Source of the DNA: Oopsacas minuta
Taxonomy: Eukaryota; Animalia; Porifera
Direction of reading: 5' to 3'
Length of the DNA: 8,961 nucleotides
NCBI GenBank assembly: GCA_024704765.1
Contig: JAKMXF010000344.1
Span: 67,235-76,195 of the forward strand
A program made the translations under genes and the position numbers. Of this stretch, positions 7,611-8,961 are shown piece by piece. The number at the start of each line of letters is the position of its first letter. The stretch's first letter is position 1. The notes beneath the pieces are model-generated. The model made no database searches. It had not been told where the DNA came from and saw nothing but the letters and a program-made list of their open reading frames with translations.

Positions 7611-8542
7611 AAATAGAACAAATTTGACAACAATATATAATTCTCTAATGCTCTTGATGATGCTGTTTAGGATGTTTCCTTTATTCTTTCTTGTCCAACA
7701 GGACTCGATAAGGTGGGATTCTAGCAATTCAGGATTTGTTGTTTGGCCTCTTCTTTGCCCCTCTTGACCACGCCCCAAACGTTTTCTATCTCTTGTGTAT
7801 GGGTATCGTCAATTGGATCCAGAAAATTCTCAAGAGTGGTTCACAGTGTGATGATCGTATCCTGCAGCTGGGACAACATTATAATCAGCCCATTCGTCTG
7901 AGTGGATGGTAGTTTCAGATAATACATATCGCTGAATGATGTGAAGTAGGGTCACACCTGAGCGATCGGGAACTGGAATAATCAGAATGTTATCAGTACC
8001 TTGCTCATATATACCGAAACCCATTGACCAGTGAGTAATCTACCACGGTTATATTTCGTCTCCCAAATTTCGATTCATCAATCTCCACCACAGTACCGGG
8101 CTCGCTTAATGGCTCCTGATTTATTATTAGATCCTCAATTCAAACATCTCTCATAAATTCTTCTAGTCCACAACAGTATTCGGAGACCATTGCAATTGTT
8201 TCTCAGGAAATGCGTGTGACTGTATATCTTCACTCCCAAAATACAAGAACTCCGATAGAGAGGGAAGAGATAGATTTGAACCCTTGAAGAAGGAGTCATA
8301 ACGAAGTTAACAGTTTGTCTTACACACTCTACATCTCCATTTCTTATTGTTTTTAGAATCGGTGAATGCATCTACATACATTATTGAGCCGCATCTGCAC
8401 TGGACTCCTCGTGGTAATAAGCTATGATGCTTAAGTCAATCTCTAGTATTTCCAGAGAAGAAGTCAACTGAGAGAACAGAGAGTAAAAGCTTGGCGAAAT
8501 GTCAGGAATAATCGAGGGTTCGAGTAATATTGTGTGGTCCAT
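7611..8542 (-). pseudogene. Merlin (IS1595/ISXO2-like DDE) transposase pseudogene
   Basis: From ATG 8542, stitched: MDHTILLEPSIIPDISPSFYSLFSQLTSSLEILE-*LKHHSLLPRGVQCRCG...KKWRCRVC (CxC-x19-CxxC Zn ribbon)...TVVD*KN-MRDV*...PGTVVEIDESKFGRR-YNRGRLLTGQWV-GIYEQ...VPDRSGVTLLHII...TIHSDEWADY...HHTVNHS-ENFLDPIDDTHTQEIENVWGVVKR...LESHLIESCW...IIKSIRELY. Catalytic D (8079-8077), D (7898-7896) and E (7786-7784) are present. About 6 frameshifts and 4 stops. Confidence 0.92.
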
Positions 8543-8597
8543 TGTGTTTGAATGATAGTAGTATATTACAAGATAATGTACGAATGGTCTTTATATA

Positions 8598-8961
8598 CAG
8601 GGGCCTTCAATAAATACTAATCATACCATCTAAAACTATAGATACTTGTGTAAAGTTGGTAATTTTGCTATGAATGTTCAAAGTAGTCTCCTTTATACGC
8701 GACAACTGAATTTAGCCTTTTAATCCAATTTTCAAATGTCTTTCTGTACTCATCCTTGGGAATGACTTCAAGGTATCTGTAAATTGCCCGACCGAGGCTG
8801 AGCCGATCCTCAAATTCGCGTCCGGAGAGGTTATCTTTGAGTTTTCTAAACAGCCAGAAGTCACATGGGGCTATATCAGGGGAGTAAGGTGGATGTGGAA
8901 CTCGTGCATACCCATATCTTTAATTTTTGCCTTACAGCCAAAGATTTATGCGGTCTAGCAT
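8598..8961 (-). mobile_element. mariner element, 3' end; truncated by the window edge
   Basis: TA (8596-8597) followed by TIR-like CAGGGGCCTTCAATAAATACTAA, resembling mariner termini of the CGAGGGG...TTCAA type (e.g. irritans/Hsmar2, from memory). The transposase stop is at 8668-8670. Confidence 0.9.
8668..8961 (-). pseudogene. mariner transposase C-terminus (D,D34D type), frameshifted
   Basis: Reads (N)ARPHKSLAVRQK..., then from 8898 PHPPYSPDIAPCDFWLFRKLKDNLSGREF...WIKRLNSVVAYKGDYFEHS*. There are 49 nt between ARPH and PHPP; restoring two deleted bases gives the 34-residue D-D spacing. Absent from the ORF track. Confidence 0.93.

Noticed and set aside
8135-8371. 78-aa minus-strand ORF
   Set aside because: Off-frame relative to the Merlin Zn-ribbon reading (CRC...WRCRVC), which explains the region better.
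7611-8542. Bacterial IS1595 contamination
   Set aside because: The sequence is physically nested with eukaryote-type hAT and mariner elements and is similarly decayed.
7605-8603. Pairing the CAGGGG of the mariner end (8598) with the hAT TIR
   Set aside because: Only 6 bp are shared and the orientation is wrong for a TIR pair; each end is explained by its own element (TA versus 8-bp target site).

Overview
AT-rich, eukaryote-like DNA with no intact gene; it is a stack of decayed mobile and viral sequence. From left to right: (1) the 3' end of a dead ORF with a Ser-rich linker and a C-terminal PHD finger (~300-783, +); (2) a degenerate ~60-bp tandem array (~885-1700) split by an unidentified ~650-bp insertion and resuming at ~2349-2460; (3) unassigned sequence with hairpins (~2480-4300); (4) a decayed Rep gene of a CRESS-DNA (circovirus-like) virus on the minus strand (~4340-4990). 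It is absent from the ORF track, with a convincing SF3 helicase core and weaker HUH endonuclease motifs; (5) a full-length but inactivated hAT/Buster DNA transposon (5324-7610; perfect 14-bp TIRs, 6/8 TSD match) inserted in the last codons of (6) a Merlin/IS1595-like transposase pseudogene (7611-8542, -); (7) the 3' end of a mariner element (8598 to window end, -). All family calls come from manual translation and motif recognition; no database search was run. The most notable observation is the endogenous CRESS Rep fossil. I see no evidence for a functioning new system.
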